Virus record (IMG/VR): IMGVR_UViG_3300010389_000003
Span: 1-64,000 of that record
Direction: 5' to 3' (one strand)
Length of the DNA: 64,000 nt
From: a virus
Part shown: positions 45,887 to 55,734 of the stretch, one piece after another
How the letters are laid out: every line of letters begins with the position of its first letter
How positions within the stretch are numbered: the stretch's first letter is position 1
Notes under the pieces: model-generated
What the model was told of the DNA's origin: nothing
Database searches by the model: none
What the model saw: only the letters and a program-made list of their open reading frames with translations
Position numbers and translations under genes: made by a program

Positions 45887-48394
45887 ATGAGAGACTTTTT
45901 GAACGATTTTATAGACACACTGCCCGACCGAACCAGGGTTAAAGCGTCCGTGATGATGAGGCGTGCTGCACTGGAACGTAAAGAGGTGGGTGCCCTAATA
46001 AAAAAGGTGACGACAGACCTATCCTTGGGTGATGTTAGATTTCCGGAAGTCTCACTGTTGGGCAGGATTGACGCATCCGAACTGCTCTTAAGCTATAGGG
46101 AACTACTGCTTAGGACAGATATGTTTTACAGGCTTTCCAGAGACATAACTGACATTCTTGATTCAGAAACAATCACGATGATGTCAGAGATCAAAGAGCT
46201 GGAACAAGAGCTGGAATCAATAGAGAAGTCCATTGCGAACTATTCTTTCTTGCTATCCGATGGCAATTCATACGACTATGCCTACATGGAACCGTTTTCA
46301 GATGAGATAAACAGGGCAGTCGATCTTGACTTTCTGATACCCGATCGCGCCGGTCTTACCTTCTCGCCCGACCAGCAAGCTGCAGTGAACCGTTCACAAG
46401 GCAGATTAGTGCTTGCTTCGCACACCCAAAACACCACGCCATTTATAGCAGAAGTAGGTGAAAACAATTACGCTGGCTTCGTTACATCAGATACGGGAGT
46501 GTCCAATATTGCTCAGAGTGAGGTTGGCACAGGGTGGAAGGTGTCCATCTCTTCTCCGGCACCCTTGACTGGTACCATACCCAGTTTTGTCGGCCTACAC
46601 GGGGTCTCAACTTACTCCGGTGCTCAAGCGGTAGTCAACCTGCAAATGGCTGCACCCGCCCCTTGTGACTTTATCACAGTGGCCCCACTTTCCGATTCAT
46701 CTGTGGATATCGCGCAAATTACCACATACTCTGATGATCAGGGTTCCGATCCGATTGACCTGCTTCAGGCAGCACTGTCGATTGAAAAACCTGTGGGGAT
46801 TTTCTTTGAACCGAGATCAATTTCTGCGGTGAAGATACTCATCAGGCAGAGAACATACCGCAGAGATAATAGAGAACCGCAAGATTCAGAAACGATTTAT
46901 AAACGAGTATTCAAGAATCACAGATCCAGAGTTTCTTTCGGTGGTCGCAGGCAGAAGAATAAGATTCGCAGTATTAGTGGACTATCTCAAATTTTTGTCA
47001 AGAACTACACAAGAAGAGCAAGGGGGCTGGAACCATTGTCGGTCCGAGTGTCCAACAAGAGGCTGGGCCTACACCGCTGGGGTCCTCTTGATGCTAGGAT
47101 GAACATATCAAGGAATTCAGAAAACATAACGGCTAGGCCAGATTGGTTTGCCGGCAATGAATCTGAAGTGATAGTGAAGGCCGCGTATGATACAAAGCAG
47201 ATGGGGGATCAGCTGAAAAAGGGAATCTTCACCAAGCGCAATGATGATACCCGCAGAGTCAACCCAGCCTACGAATACCTCTCTGAGGGAACCTTCGGAG
47301 ATCGCATGAGTTCCAGGAGCACCTACGGGGACGGGCGCCCGAACCTGGAGACTGGTCGAATTCGGTCTATATCTTCAGTTGAAAATAAGATTGCAACTTC
47401 ATATAAGTATAATCTTGGCCTAAATTATATAACCCTTGGAATTCAATCTCAAATCGAAAAGGGCGTCTTTGTATCTAAGAGCATCCCGTCAAGTGGCGAC
47501 GTGATCCAAGTAAAGATAAAGGAATCACACACTGACGCAATCATCAATAATGATGCAACCCTGGATACGAAGTTGGCATCTTCTGTAGAATATTCGGTGA
47601 GCAACGTTGCGAGACCAGCTTCAGAGAGTGATTGGGTACCCATTCAGCCGGTTAACTCTTCTGTTGTTCGTGGAGAACTACTTATGCTGGACGATAAGGG
47701 TAAGGCATTCCTCCGTTTCCCAGCGAAGAAAAATGAAGGTATAACCGTTTATAAGAACAACTTCATCTTCCCTTTTGATGGTTCCGATATAGTTCATTCA
47801 CAGGGCGATACAACCATAGTCGGGGTCATATTCGATACAGCAATGTTTACACCGACAGACATGTTCACGGTAGACTATGTGCCATCTGGAGATCCCAGTC
47901 TGGTTGATTTCTCTAAGCGTGGCTATGTTGAAACCCCGCTCGTCTCATCGTTCGATGAAGATGGTGCAGGCGAAGGGTTTGACAGTACTGATGGTCAGCT
48001 CAGCATCCAGCTTAGCAATCACCCGTTTATAGACTATGCACAGGTTACCACTTCTACATACAATTCCACTACTGGTATGACACCATATCAGCCTTTGACG
48101 CCGGTTTTCGATGATGGAACGGTGGCGATCAACCTAACGAATTACAAGAGTGGTGCCGAAGCATCGCTCAATGCTGCATCCGCATCCTATCAATTTATTC
48201 ATAGGGGAAAGACCTTACTATTTAACAAGGAAATAGCCAGCCCTTTCAGGGTGTACTATAATCACCTTCCAAACAATATCAGGGTCAGAACCGTTCTCAG
48301 ATCCAATATCCAAGGTGGACTGGTCTCTCCTTCTGTGGACTATGTTCAGCTAAAGGCTAAGACAAGAGCGGCAAACGCCAAGGAAATATCGTGA
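45887..48394 (+). CDS. Virion structural (baseplate/fibre) protein
   Basis: Helical/coiled N-terminus plus beta-rich body; C-terminal SP.VDYVQL shared with neighbours. Confidence 0.6.
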   Translation: MRDFLNDFIDTLPDRTRVKASVMMRRAALERKEVGALIKKVTTDLSLGDVRFPEVSLLGRIDASELLLSYRELLLRTDMFYRLSRDITDILDSETITMMSEIKELEQELESIEKSIANYSFLLSDGNSYDYAYMEPFSDEINRAVDLDFLIPDRAGLTFSPDQQAAVNRSQGRLVLASHTQNTTPFIAEVGENNYAGFVTSDTGVSNIAQSEVGTGWKVSISSPAPLTGTIPSFVGLHGVSTYSGAQAVVNLQMAAPAPCDFITVAPLSDSSVDIAQITTYSDDQGSDPIDLLQAALSIEKPVGIFFEPRSISAVKILIRQRTYRRDNREPQDSETIYKRVFKNHRSRVSFGGRRQKNKIRSISGLSQIFVKNYTRRARGLEPLSVRVSNKRLGLHRWGPLDARMNISRNSENITARPDWFAGNESEVIVKAAYDTKQMGDQLKKGIFTKRNDDTRRVNPAYEYLSEGTFGDRMSSRSTYGDGRPNLETGRIRSISSVENKIATSYKYNLGLNYITLGIQSQIEKGVFVSKSIPSSGDVIQVKIKESHTDAIINNDATLDTKLASSVEYSVSNVARPASESDWVPIQPVNSSVVRGELLMLDDKGKAFLRFPAKKNEGITVYKNNFIFPFDGSDIVHSQGDTTIVGVIFDTAMFTPTDMFTVDYVPSGDPSLVDFSKRGYVETPLVSSFDEDGAGEGFDSTDGQLSIQLSNHPFIDYAQVTTSTYNSTTGMTPYQPLTPVFDDGTVAINLTNYKSGAEASLNAASASYQFIHRGKTLLFNKEIASPFRVYYNHLPNNIRVRTVLRSNIQGGLVSPSVDYVQLKAKTRAANAKEIS

Positions 48395-50175
48395 CACAGC
48401 TCTCTCCGAACACTTCAATATACTCAAAGGCCCTATCAAGATTAAGAGATGTGAATAGGAACTATTCATTGGGCAATCTGAAGACACCCGAAGATTACAT
48501 CGCAGCCATCAATGATATAGCACATCAGCTTCTTTCAGAGGGTGAGAAGCCGCACCTGTTCTACGACTTCATTGAACATGGTGAGCCTCCGCTATCCAGG
48601 GAATATAATAGGTTCTGGGAGTCGATGAGTTCCGATGTCACAATTGCTTATGATCAGATTAATTACCTGAAGGCGCATGTCATTAATGGGTATAATCTTT
48701 CAACCGCAGAAATAAAGAAGGCGCGCAACGAGAACGCAAGAGTAAAGGGGAAGCTGAAGACACTCCAACTGTATTCAACTTCTGTTGACAATGGGATACG
48801 CATCTTTGGTGACTTCTTTACTAATTTCGATTTCATTGACTTGGAAAAAACCCCAAATAGCGAAAGGGCGGAACTTGCGAATTATGGCTTGATCACCTTG
48901 GGTAAAACGAACGAAGTAGAAAACCTGTTAAATAACGCTGTTGTGACCGTTGACGATGAGTCAAATGGGTTCCTTGGCAGAAACCAAGAGATCTCCAATC
49001 CAGAGTCAGCTCCAATAGATCCGGTTACGAATACGGCGTACTATACGTTCACCGCAGAGAATGCTTCATACAACGATATGAATGCGATACTTGACGATAA
49101 TCCAGATACGTGGCTTGAGTATGAACACAATTGGGTTGACAATGCAACTCGAGAATCTGTTGGCAATATCGATTTCAGATACAGAGATGACAGGGACAAC
49201 GCCGAAGAGCCCTACCTCGACTGGGCTTCTGGTCCGGAGGACGGGGTGCTGAAACTGGTCTTAAACTTCGATCTTCAATCAGTCAAAAAGGCAAGCAGAA
49301 TCGTATTCATTCCACACAAGGTTTCACCGTACGGTTTACATCCCATCAGGATCAAGAATGTTACAGTTTCACCTAATGGAGCAGATTGGACAAGGGTGTC
49401 CAACAAGACCGTATGGGTGGGGACCGATATCAACATATCTGGTATTTCGGCAAACGAAGAGATAGTGATCGGAAGTGCAGTGTGGGAGTTCGATGAGCAA
49501 ACAATAAGATATGCTAAGATGGAGATCGAACAGATTTGGCCCATACAGTCAAACATTGGGCATATGTATTTCCAGGATCAATCAGCAGTCACCCTAGAGC
49601 GTGATGAAAACGGAGAGTCCATATATCTCTACACCGCTTCAGACAGGATCGAAGGCCCAGTCCCACCGGTATCTGACATAGGCAAATACTATGATCCAAC
49701 CTATGCGTCCAGCAAAAATCTCATTCAGTTCCGAGAATACTTTGAGGGGCAAAGGTGGGTGATAGGGATCAAAGATATCTCCATCGAAAGTGTACGTTAT
49801 AACGAGACCAGTACTATCATCAGCAAGCCATTCAGAATTGACGGTGAGGTTGATCGGATAACCATAGACGCAGACTATGATATCCCCCCATCCTTTGCCA
49901 GCGATCAGAAGTGGGTCAAGTTTTATGTTTCCACAAACAATGGCCTTGACTGGTATCAAATATCTGACATTCGCGATTCTTCGTTGGATATCCCCGAGAT
50001 AATTGCGTTCAATGATCCGCTTCCAGCTGAATTCAGGGAGCAGGGTGTCGCCTACTATAACACCGGCGATCGGGTGGATTCTCTGCTTGTGCGTATCGAC
50101 CTATCGAGACCCAGTGACGCTAGTCATTCCACCCCAGTAGTCAGAAACTATCAACTGAAGGTACTCAAACGATGA
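48391..50175 (+). CDS. Virion structural (baseplate/fibre) protein
   Basis: Same architecture; ILDDNPDTW discoidin-like segment; C-terminal TPVVRNYQL. Confidence 0.6.
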   Translation: MTQLSPNTSIYSKALSRLRDVNRNYSLGNLKTPEDYIAAINDIAHQLLSEGEKPHLFYDFIEHGEPPLSREYNRFWESMSSDVTIAYDQINYLKAHVINGYNLSTAEIKKARNENARVKGKLKTLQLYSTSVDNGIRIFGDFFTNFDFIDLEKTPNSERAELANYGLITLGKTNEVENLLNNAVVTVDDESNGFLGRNQEISNPESAPIDPVTNTAYYTFTAENASYNDMNAILDDNPDTWLEYEHNWVDNATRESVGNIDFRYRDDRDNAEEPYLDWASGPEDGVLKLVLNFDLQSVKKASRIVFIPHKVSPYGLHPIRIKNVTVSPNGADWTRVSNKTVWVGTDINISGISANEEIVIGSAVWEFDEQTIRYAKMEIEQIWPIQSNIGHMYFQDQSAVTLERDENGESIYLYTASDRIEGPVPPVSDIGKYYDPTYASSKNLIQFREYFEGQRWVIGIKDISIESVRYNETSTIISKPFRIDGEVDRITIDADYDIPPSFASDQKWVKFYVSTNNGLDWYQISDIRDSSLDIPEIIAFNDPLPAEFREQGVAYYNTGDRVDSLLVRIDLSRPSDASHSTPVVRNYQLKVLKR

Positions 50176-52343
50176 GCATATCCCGGATCCAAAAAGAGAT
50201 GGTCTTAGATGAAGTGGCAAGGTTCTATTTTTCGAATGGAGAAAAACCAACCTCATCAGCCATTCTTCGAGACATGTCGATGTTCTTTGCCGACAATCCA
50301 ATTGGGCGTCCCTTTAATATTGAGCCCAATAACATGCGAGAGGGACTTGTCTCTAATGTAGATGAAGTTAATGACAACATGATTAGAGCCGTGTTGAACA
50401 TATCGATATTATATGAATCCATGCTGCAGGATACAGAAAGGTCGATGTCCCTGTATAGCATAGTCCAAACAAAACTCGAGAACCTAAGAGGCAGGCGGGC
50501 CAGAATAGAATCGGATATTGATGATTTCCTGTTGGCCCTGAATGATTCATCTGGCTATTTTTATAGCTTCTCTGATTACTTTTCGACCCTCGACTATACC
50601 GATTTGGGCATGTCATCTGCGTTTGTCGACATAGTTTCCGGTCAAGTATCTATACCACCTGTCGCTGAGTTCAGTCGACCACTGCCCGCAGGTGCTTATG
50701 CGGTGAACTCTGCTACCATGACGGTTGATGGAGCATCAGTGTCGTACCAAACAGAGAGCCCATTCGATGGTGCAATAGATGGGCTCTCCAACACAAATTG
50801 GGCCGTTTCTGTTTCAACAAATGAAGTGGCAGAAGTGATTATGGAAGTTCGTATAGACTTGTCTGATTTTCTCCCTCCTGTTATATCGAAGGTTGAGATA
50901 GATCCATTCACCATGGTGCCAATGCAGGTATTCGTGGAGACAGAAAATACGCTATCCAATTCTGGTGTATTGCGTCAGCGTGATTCATTTGGTCAGAACG
51001 TCAAATATGGTTCGTACAAGATGACATTTGTGGACACCGCCACCAAAGCGAATATCGTATATATCACAATGCGTAAAACAGAACCTGACTATCAGATACA
51101 GGATAATAGTACAAATAAACATGTCTATGTTTTTGGTGCCTCTCATCTTGAGATCTCAAGGCAGTCTTACGACACAAGTGCCAAATTCGTGTCCGCCTCA
51201 ATTGCCCTGCCTGAAGAGATAGCCACTGATCATGTCATAGATTCCGTATCCCTTTCGGTGGATGAGTACCTCCCAAACAACACATCCGCTGATTATTTCA
51301 TAGCGGCAGATAGCGGTAACGGTTCTTCATTAGACGACTTCAATTGGCAACAGATATTCCCGGTTGAATCCTCATCTTCAGCCACTGGCGCTGCCCTGAA
51401 ATTGGACGGTGCTGCACTCCACTCCAGGAAGGTAAAACCTGCCGCCGAGGCTCTTTTCAATGACCTGGAGCTGATTCCCATAGACGTAAGTGACAGTGAC
51501 CTTTCCAAACGGAACCCCACAACAACCATCGTCGGTGGAGTTGACATCTATCGAATAGCAGAATTTAAGGAAGAGTTCATTCCTCAGACTATGGCTATGA
51601 GCGAAGGTGTCAATAGTACGAGAATACTGTCAACGGCTTTAGATCCCACAGTTACCAGTGACCTGACATATTGGGCCAGCTACATTGATGGCACCCTCAC
51701 GGCTAATGAGTTCTATGGTCGGATAGATACTGGTAATGAATTCTTTTATGGGGGCGATATAGGCGCAAACAGTAAGAGTGTTTATATAGAGACGTATGTT
51801 GATTCTCCCATCGACAGAGAAACTATTCTGAAAGAATTCCGAAAGTCAGATGACAACTCCCAACAGTGGGACGTTTACGTTTACCTGAATGGCAGGACCA
51901 TAGCTTCACTTCCAGCTGGAACAGACACTGCATTGATACCTTGGAAGTTTAACAATGGGCTAAATCATGTGGCGATGACAATTGATATACCAGCTGCCAC
52001 CACTGATCATCCTACGCCATATCTGGGCACAATAGATCTTATGGTGGGCGAAGACCTTAGCGCATTTGGCAAGGTGCGGCTCGGTGAGTGGGTTTATGTT
52101 GACCCATTCAAAATGGAATACAATGAGATTGATGAGCCCATGACCTTTACTATATATAATGGGGAAGTCATTTCTCGGCGTCGCCCTACCACTAACTTTG
52201 AACTCAGGTACGCAAAGCCCACCGGAAGAGGCACTAGTGCTATTAGATTCAGGGCAGACCTGCAGAGATCAAATGATGATGACAGTGTTACGCCGATTTT
52301 GGATAAATATTCGATCAGATTTTCATACGGAGATAGTGAATAA
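50172..52343 (+). CDS. Virion structural (baseplate/fibre) protein
   Basis: Same architecture; AIDGLSNTNW segment; C-terminal TPILDKYSI. Confidence 0.6.
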   Translation: MSISRIQKEMVLDEVARFYFSNGEKPTSSAILRDMSMFFADNPIGRPFNIEPNNMREGLVSNVDEVNDNMIRAVLNISILYESMLQDTERSMSLYSIVQTKLENLRGRRARIESDIDDFLLALNDSSGYFYSFSDYFSTLDYTDLGMSSAFVDIVSGQVSIPPVAEFSRPLPAGAYAVNSATMTVDGASVSYQTESPFDGAIDGLSNTNWAVSVSTNEVAEVIMEVRIDLSDFLPPVISKVEIDPFTMVPMQVFVETENTLSNSGVLRQRDSFGQNVKYGSYKMTFVDTATKANIVYITMRKTEPDYQIQDNSTNKHVYVFGASHLEISRQSYDTSAKFVSASIALPEEIATDHVIDSVSLSVDEYLPNNTSADYFIAADSGNGSSLDDFNWQQIFPVESSSSATGAALKLDGAALHSRKVKPAAEALFNDLELIPIDVSDSDLSKRNPTTTIVGGVDIYRIAEFKEEFIPQTMAMSEGVNSTRILSTALDPTVTSDLTYWASYIDGTLTANEFYGRIDTGNEFFYGGDIGANSKSVYIETYVDSPIDRETILKEFRKSDDNSQQWDVYVYLNGRTIASLPAGTDTALIPWKFNNGLNHVAMTIDIPAATTDHPTPYLGTIDLMVGEDLSAFGKVRLGEWVYVDPFKMEYNEIDEPMTFTIYNGEVISRRRPTTNFELRYAKPTGRGTSAIRFRADLQRSNDDDSVTPILDKYSIRFSYGDSE

Positions 52344-52717
52344 TGGCAGCGGGAGATAGCCCCACTTTTGAGGGCGTATTCTATTCTAGGTTAGACAAGA
52401 AAGGTTGGCTTCACCAGCCCTCTTTTGTTCGGAGGCGCCACAGGTATCGCGGGCACCGCGAGAGCTTGAAGATCAACCAGGAAATAGACAGCCTCTATGC
52501 CGACATGTCTTATCTTGATATGGAATTGACTGAAGCTGAAAACAATCTTGATACGTATGTCAGCAATATCCTTAATGGAGTGACCCATACGGGCATTACC
52601 TACACAGACGAAGATGCTACTCCGGTAGATTTTGAAGTTACAATACTGTCTATAGACACCCTTGCCGCCAATATGGCAGCATTGGAACAGAGAATTGAGA
52701 GGTTGGAGAATGGTTGA
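52343..52717 (+). CDS. Small coiled-coil virion protein
   Basis: RYRGHRES..IN...LYAD N-terminal motif; LEQRIERLE coiled-coil end. Confidence 0.6.
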   Translation: MAAGDSPTFEGVFYSRLDKKGWLHQPSFVRRRHRYRGHRESLKINQEIDSLYADMSYLDMELTEAENNLDTYVSNILNGVTHTGITYTDEDATPVDFEVTILSIDTLAANMAALEQRIERLENG

Positions 52718-53960
52718 TTCGCTATATACCAAGAAACGCAACGCGCAATCGAGAGGTCCTACGACTAGCGAGGACTATAATGATCGTATAGAAGAGAATT
52801 ATAGAGACCTTGTTGTGCTATACAACAGAACCGGATCTCTTAAGGAAGATATGCGTGCGTTCTATGGGCGTTTGGCTCAAGACTTCCTGTCTCTACAGAA
52901 GAGATATGACGAGCTGGTATCTAGAGTAAGCGTTTTAGAGGATGCCACCAATACGCTAACCTTTTATTCCGCGACCCAAATCGACAACGACCGATTCGAT
53001 TCGAGCGAGTATGCTGTCCCCGCAGCATCAAGGTGCTATCATGACGAGAATCACGGACTTGTTGTCCTGCCAAGATCTTCTTCGGTATCCAAACTAAGGC
53101 TTACCAACGCCGATGGAACCCAGTTCATACCCTCGTCTTTTGAGGCCCTTGCATCAAACGTGCCTGGTGCCCTGGATGGGGATTCGGGATCAGAAGTAAT
53201 AGAGTCTGACATTTACTACTCAATAGTGAATGAGGTGGGCAAAGTGTGGGAAAGGCACGTTGTAGCTTCTGCCGCTGATGCGGAGGGTGCTGCCGTGGAT
53301 CTTTATATCAGGGTGCCCACAGAATTCTTAACCACCGCTAAGGCGAACGTTTTTGTAATCCACCCCTACCCTATATTTGGTTGCGATGTAGAAAGCATCT
53401 CGTATTCGACCGCGCAGGATGTCAATCTCAACAGTACAGATGGTTATACGCCACTGAATTCAGGGTTATTTAGTAATGGTAACGATGATGCTGTTGGATG
53501 GGTGGCTCCAGGTGCGTGGACAGACGACAAGATTGTCAAGTGTGGATCCAAGGCTTTCTACTTCGACCCCAAAACCGTAACCGGTTTGAAGATCAGATTG
53601 CGTCAAAAATCCTATCTCAACGAGGGTGGTAAAGCTCTCTACGCTTATGGTGTGTCCCATATGGACCTTCGTTACGACAGCTTTGCCGATACTGGTAGAA
53701 CCATCATAAGATTTGATGCGCCAACTGGTAGCACTATTTCATCGGTATCCGATGTTGAGCTAGATATGTTCAATGTGGCAGTAGGTGAGAAGCCATTCTT
53801 ATTCGATTATCGGGTCATATGGGAAACTAGTCACGAATCTGGAACATATACAACCGAACCCGTCCCTCTTTCACAGAGGGTTTGGGTAGAAATCACGCTA
53901 AATAAAGCGAATACGGGAACAACTCCAGCTTTGTCGGGTATGACAATTGCATATAGCTAA
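52710..53960 (+). CDS. Virion structural protein
   Basis: ATG 52710 after GGAG; RGPTTSEDYN...DLVVLY N-terminus; C-terminal TPALSGMTI. Confidence 0.6.
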   Translation: MVDSLYTKKRNAQSRGPTTSEDYNDRIEENYRDLVVLYNRTGSLKEDMRAFYGRLAQDFLSLQKRYDELVSRVSVLEDATNTLTFYSATQIDNDRFDSSEYAVPAASRCYHDENHGLVVLPRSSSVSKLRLTNADGTQFIPSSFEALASNVPGALDGDSGSEVIESDIYYSIVNEVGKVWERHVVASAADAEGAAVDLYIRVPTEFLTTAKANVFVIHPYPIFGCDVESISYSTAQDVNLNSTDGYTPLNSGLFSNGNDDAVGWVAPGAWTDDKIVKCGSKAFYFDPKTVTGLKIRLRQKSYLNEGGKALYAYGVSHMDLRYDSFADTGRTIIRFDAPTGSTISSVSDVELDMFNVAVGEKPFLFDYRVIWETSHESGTYTTEPVPLSQRVWVEITLNKANTGTTPALSGMTIAYS

Positions 53961-53967
53961 TCATTAG

Positions 53968-54052
53968 TTACTATTAGTGCCAGAGGGTATGGGTGCTTGT
54001 TAAACCAGGCGTGCAGTAACCTTGACCGTTATGACCTATACCCTCATACTTT
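53968..54052 (+). promoter_or_regulatory. Late-promoter motif (TTACTATT) followed by a branched structured leader
   Basis: gagggtatgggt (53983-94) pairs with acctataccctc (54034-45), enclosing two small hairpins. Confidence 0.5.
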
Positions 54053-54071
54053 TATATAGGAGACAAGAAAT

Positions 54072-54683
54072 ATGGCTAAATTTTACACAGGATACAGACC
54101 AGTTCTAAAGGGTCGTAACCGCAGTAACATGGTTCACCCCTGGAGGGGCGCTGGCGTCTACTCTAATTGGAGCTTGTATAGCACAGACCATGTTCTCGAT
54201 GGCGCTCCTGACACCCATGTAGAGCCCGGTGAGGGCGCTTTCCCGCACGGACTCCAGCTATCCCGTTGGTACCGTGGCCTCCGCGATAAGTGGCCCCTCG
54301 AGAATGCAGGTGAAGGTGCTCGTCAGCTAGGTGCTCGTTGGAATCCCCTAGAGTACAAGGGTCTCGACGGTGCTGCGGCATTCCAATCCACGTTCGGACA
54401 TGTTCGTGATCGGAACGTAAGCTATGCCTACTACGACAACTATACCTTTGATGGTGTTACCTCCGCTGAGGTATTTGCTACTCTCGGCCACGCACAGCGC
54501 AAGGAAGGCCTTGGGGGTATGGGGGCATTTGACCCATATGAGCACAACGGCCCTGCTTCGACAGTGGTCTTTGCTAGCTCGTTCGGACAGGCCATACCAA
54601 CCGGTTCACAAAATGCGTATGGACATAACAGAGTTAAAGAACACAGAGGCGTCACTTCCTCTAACGCACTCAATATCACTTGA
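54072..54683 (+). CDS. Hypothetical late protein with C-terminal ~30-aa repeats
   Basis: AGGAGA RBS; repeats of the form Y/F/H-x-G...(A/V)F...(F/L)G(H/Q). Confidence 0.7.
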   Translation: MAKFYTGYRPVLKGRNRSNMVHPWRGAGVYSNWSLYSTDHVLDGAPDTHVEPGEGAFPHGLQLSRWYRGLRDKWPLENAGEGARQLGARWNPLEYKGLDGAAAFQSTFGHVRDRNVSYAYYDNYTFDGVTSAEVFATLGHAQRKEGLGGMGAFDPYEHNGPASTVVFASSFGQAIPTGSQNAYGHNRVKEHRGVTSSNALNIT

Positions 54684-54700
54684 GCCAAGGGAGACATTAC

Positions 54701-54940
54701 ATGTTTGAAAGAGTACGGGATTTTTTCCTAAACCGTGAATGGGCGATGTTCGTTGGTATTATTACGACACTCGTTCTTTCCGGTGAGGAATTTCTAGAAT
54801 GGATTTCTGTTCTAGCAAACGAGAACAATGACTGGAGCGTTGTGGGTATCCTGCCCCTCGTTGCAGCTGCAATCACTCGCTTTAGAGTTACATCTAACAG
54901 AACTGTTGAGGAGATCAAGGATCAGCTTGATAAGGGCTAG
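54701..54940 (+). CDS. Holin-like membrane protein
   Basis: Two hydrophobic segments; ITRFRVT motif like actinophage-type holins; charged C-terminus; at the end of the late region. Confidence 0.62.
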   Translation: MFERVRDFFLNREWAMFVGIITTLVLSGEEFLEWISVLANENNDWSVVGILPLVAAAITRFRVTSNRTVEEIKDQLDKG

Positions 54941-54987
54941 TATAGGCGCTATACTCTAGTTACAACAACTTAGGAATTTCTAGGATC

Positions 54988-55026
54988 TGCGGATCCCTGC
55001 CTTCGGGTTGGGTCCGCATTTCTTTC
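54988..55026 (+). terminator. Intrinsic terminator ending the structural region
   Basis: tgcggatcc..cc-TTCG-gg..gggtccgca followed by tttcttt. Confidence 0.78.
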
Positions 55027-55068
55027 TCTAAGCACAAGTTTTATACAGGTTTTGGTAGGGATTAACCA

Positions 55069-55719
55069 GTGGCAAATACAAAATCAGAAGACTTTGTAAT
55101 CAAGAAGGAAGATGCTATCAAGTATCTAGTTCTCTATGTTGCACCAGGAGAAGACCAATGGATTGATGCGTTGGCCTCCTTGTCTAAGAGAATCGGAGAT
55201 AAGGATCTACTGCGAAAAATAATCGCGGCCACCATTTTGCTTCCTGCTATGGATAAATCTGTGATCCCTGATATTCCCTACAATCTCATCCACTGGATTA
55301 AGAAGTACGATCAATTCGGTAAACATGACTGGACAAAGAAATTGGAAACAGTCATGAAGCAAGATGAAGTAATAGCATCGTCAAGAGATCAGCTTTTGGT
55401 GTTGGGGTGCATAGACCCAATAGAGTATGCACCGTACCCTCGCCAATCATTCAGATGGCTGGTTCAGAGAAGTAAGAAAGCGGAAGAATTCTCCAAAAAA
55501 GCAGAGGGGAAGTTTCGTTCAATGGTTCACGTTTATGGTGGGGTATCCATAAACAATGTTTTCAAGGTGCATGAATCAAAGGTTAACAGAATACCCAACT
55601 GGAGAAGTCACTACTTCTTCGAAAGACTTATGCACAAGGTGTATAACATCGATCAGCTCGTAGAAATGAAGCGAGCGGAAATAGAACAAACAAACCCGAC
55701 ACTTGTCAAGAAACTATAG
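55069..55719 (+). CDS. Hypothetical protein
   Basis: 216-aa ORF filling the gap before nrdJ; no motif recognised. Confidence 0.7.
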   Translation: MANTKSEDFVIKKEDAIKYLVLYVAPGEDQWIDALASLSKRIGDKDLLRKIIAATILLPAMDKSVIPDIPYNLIHWIKKYDQFGKHDWTKKLETVMKQDEVIASSRDQLLVLGCIDPIEYAPYPRQSFRWLVQRSKKAEEFSKKAEGKFRSMVHVYGGVSINNVFKVHESKVNRIPNWRSHYFFERLMHKVYNIDQLVEMKRAEIEQTNPTLVKKL

Positions 55720-55734
55720 CCTCAAGGAGCCGCA

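Noticed and set aside
4007-53960. Chromosomal eCIS/tailocin rather than phage
   Set aside because: Neck-like genes, a holin and a phage-style nucleotide metabolism module in a single-strand layout fit a phage genome, although capsid and terminase genes are not in this window.
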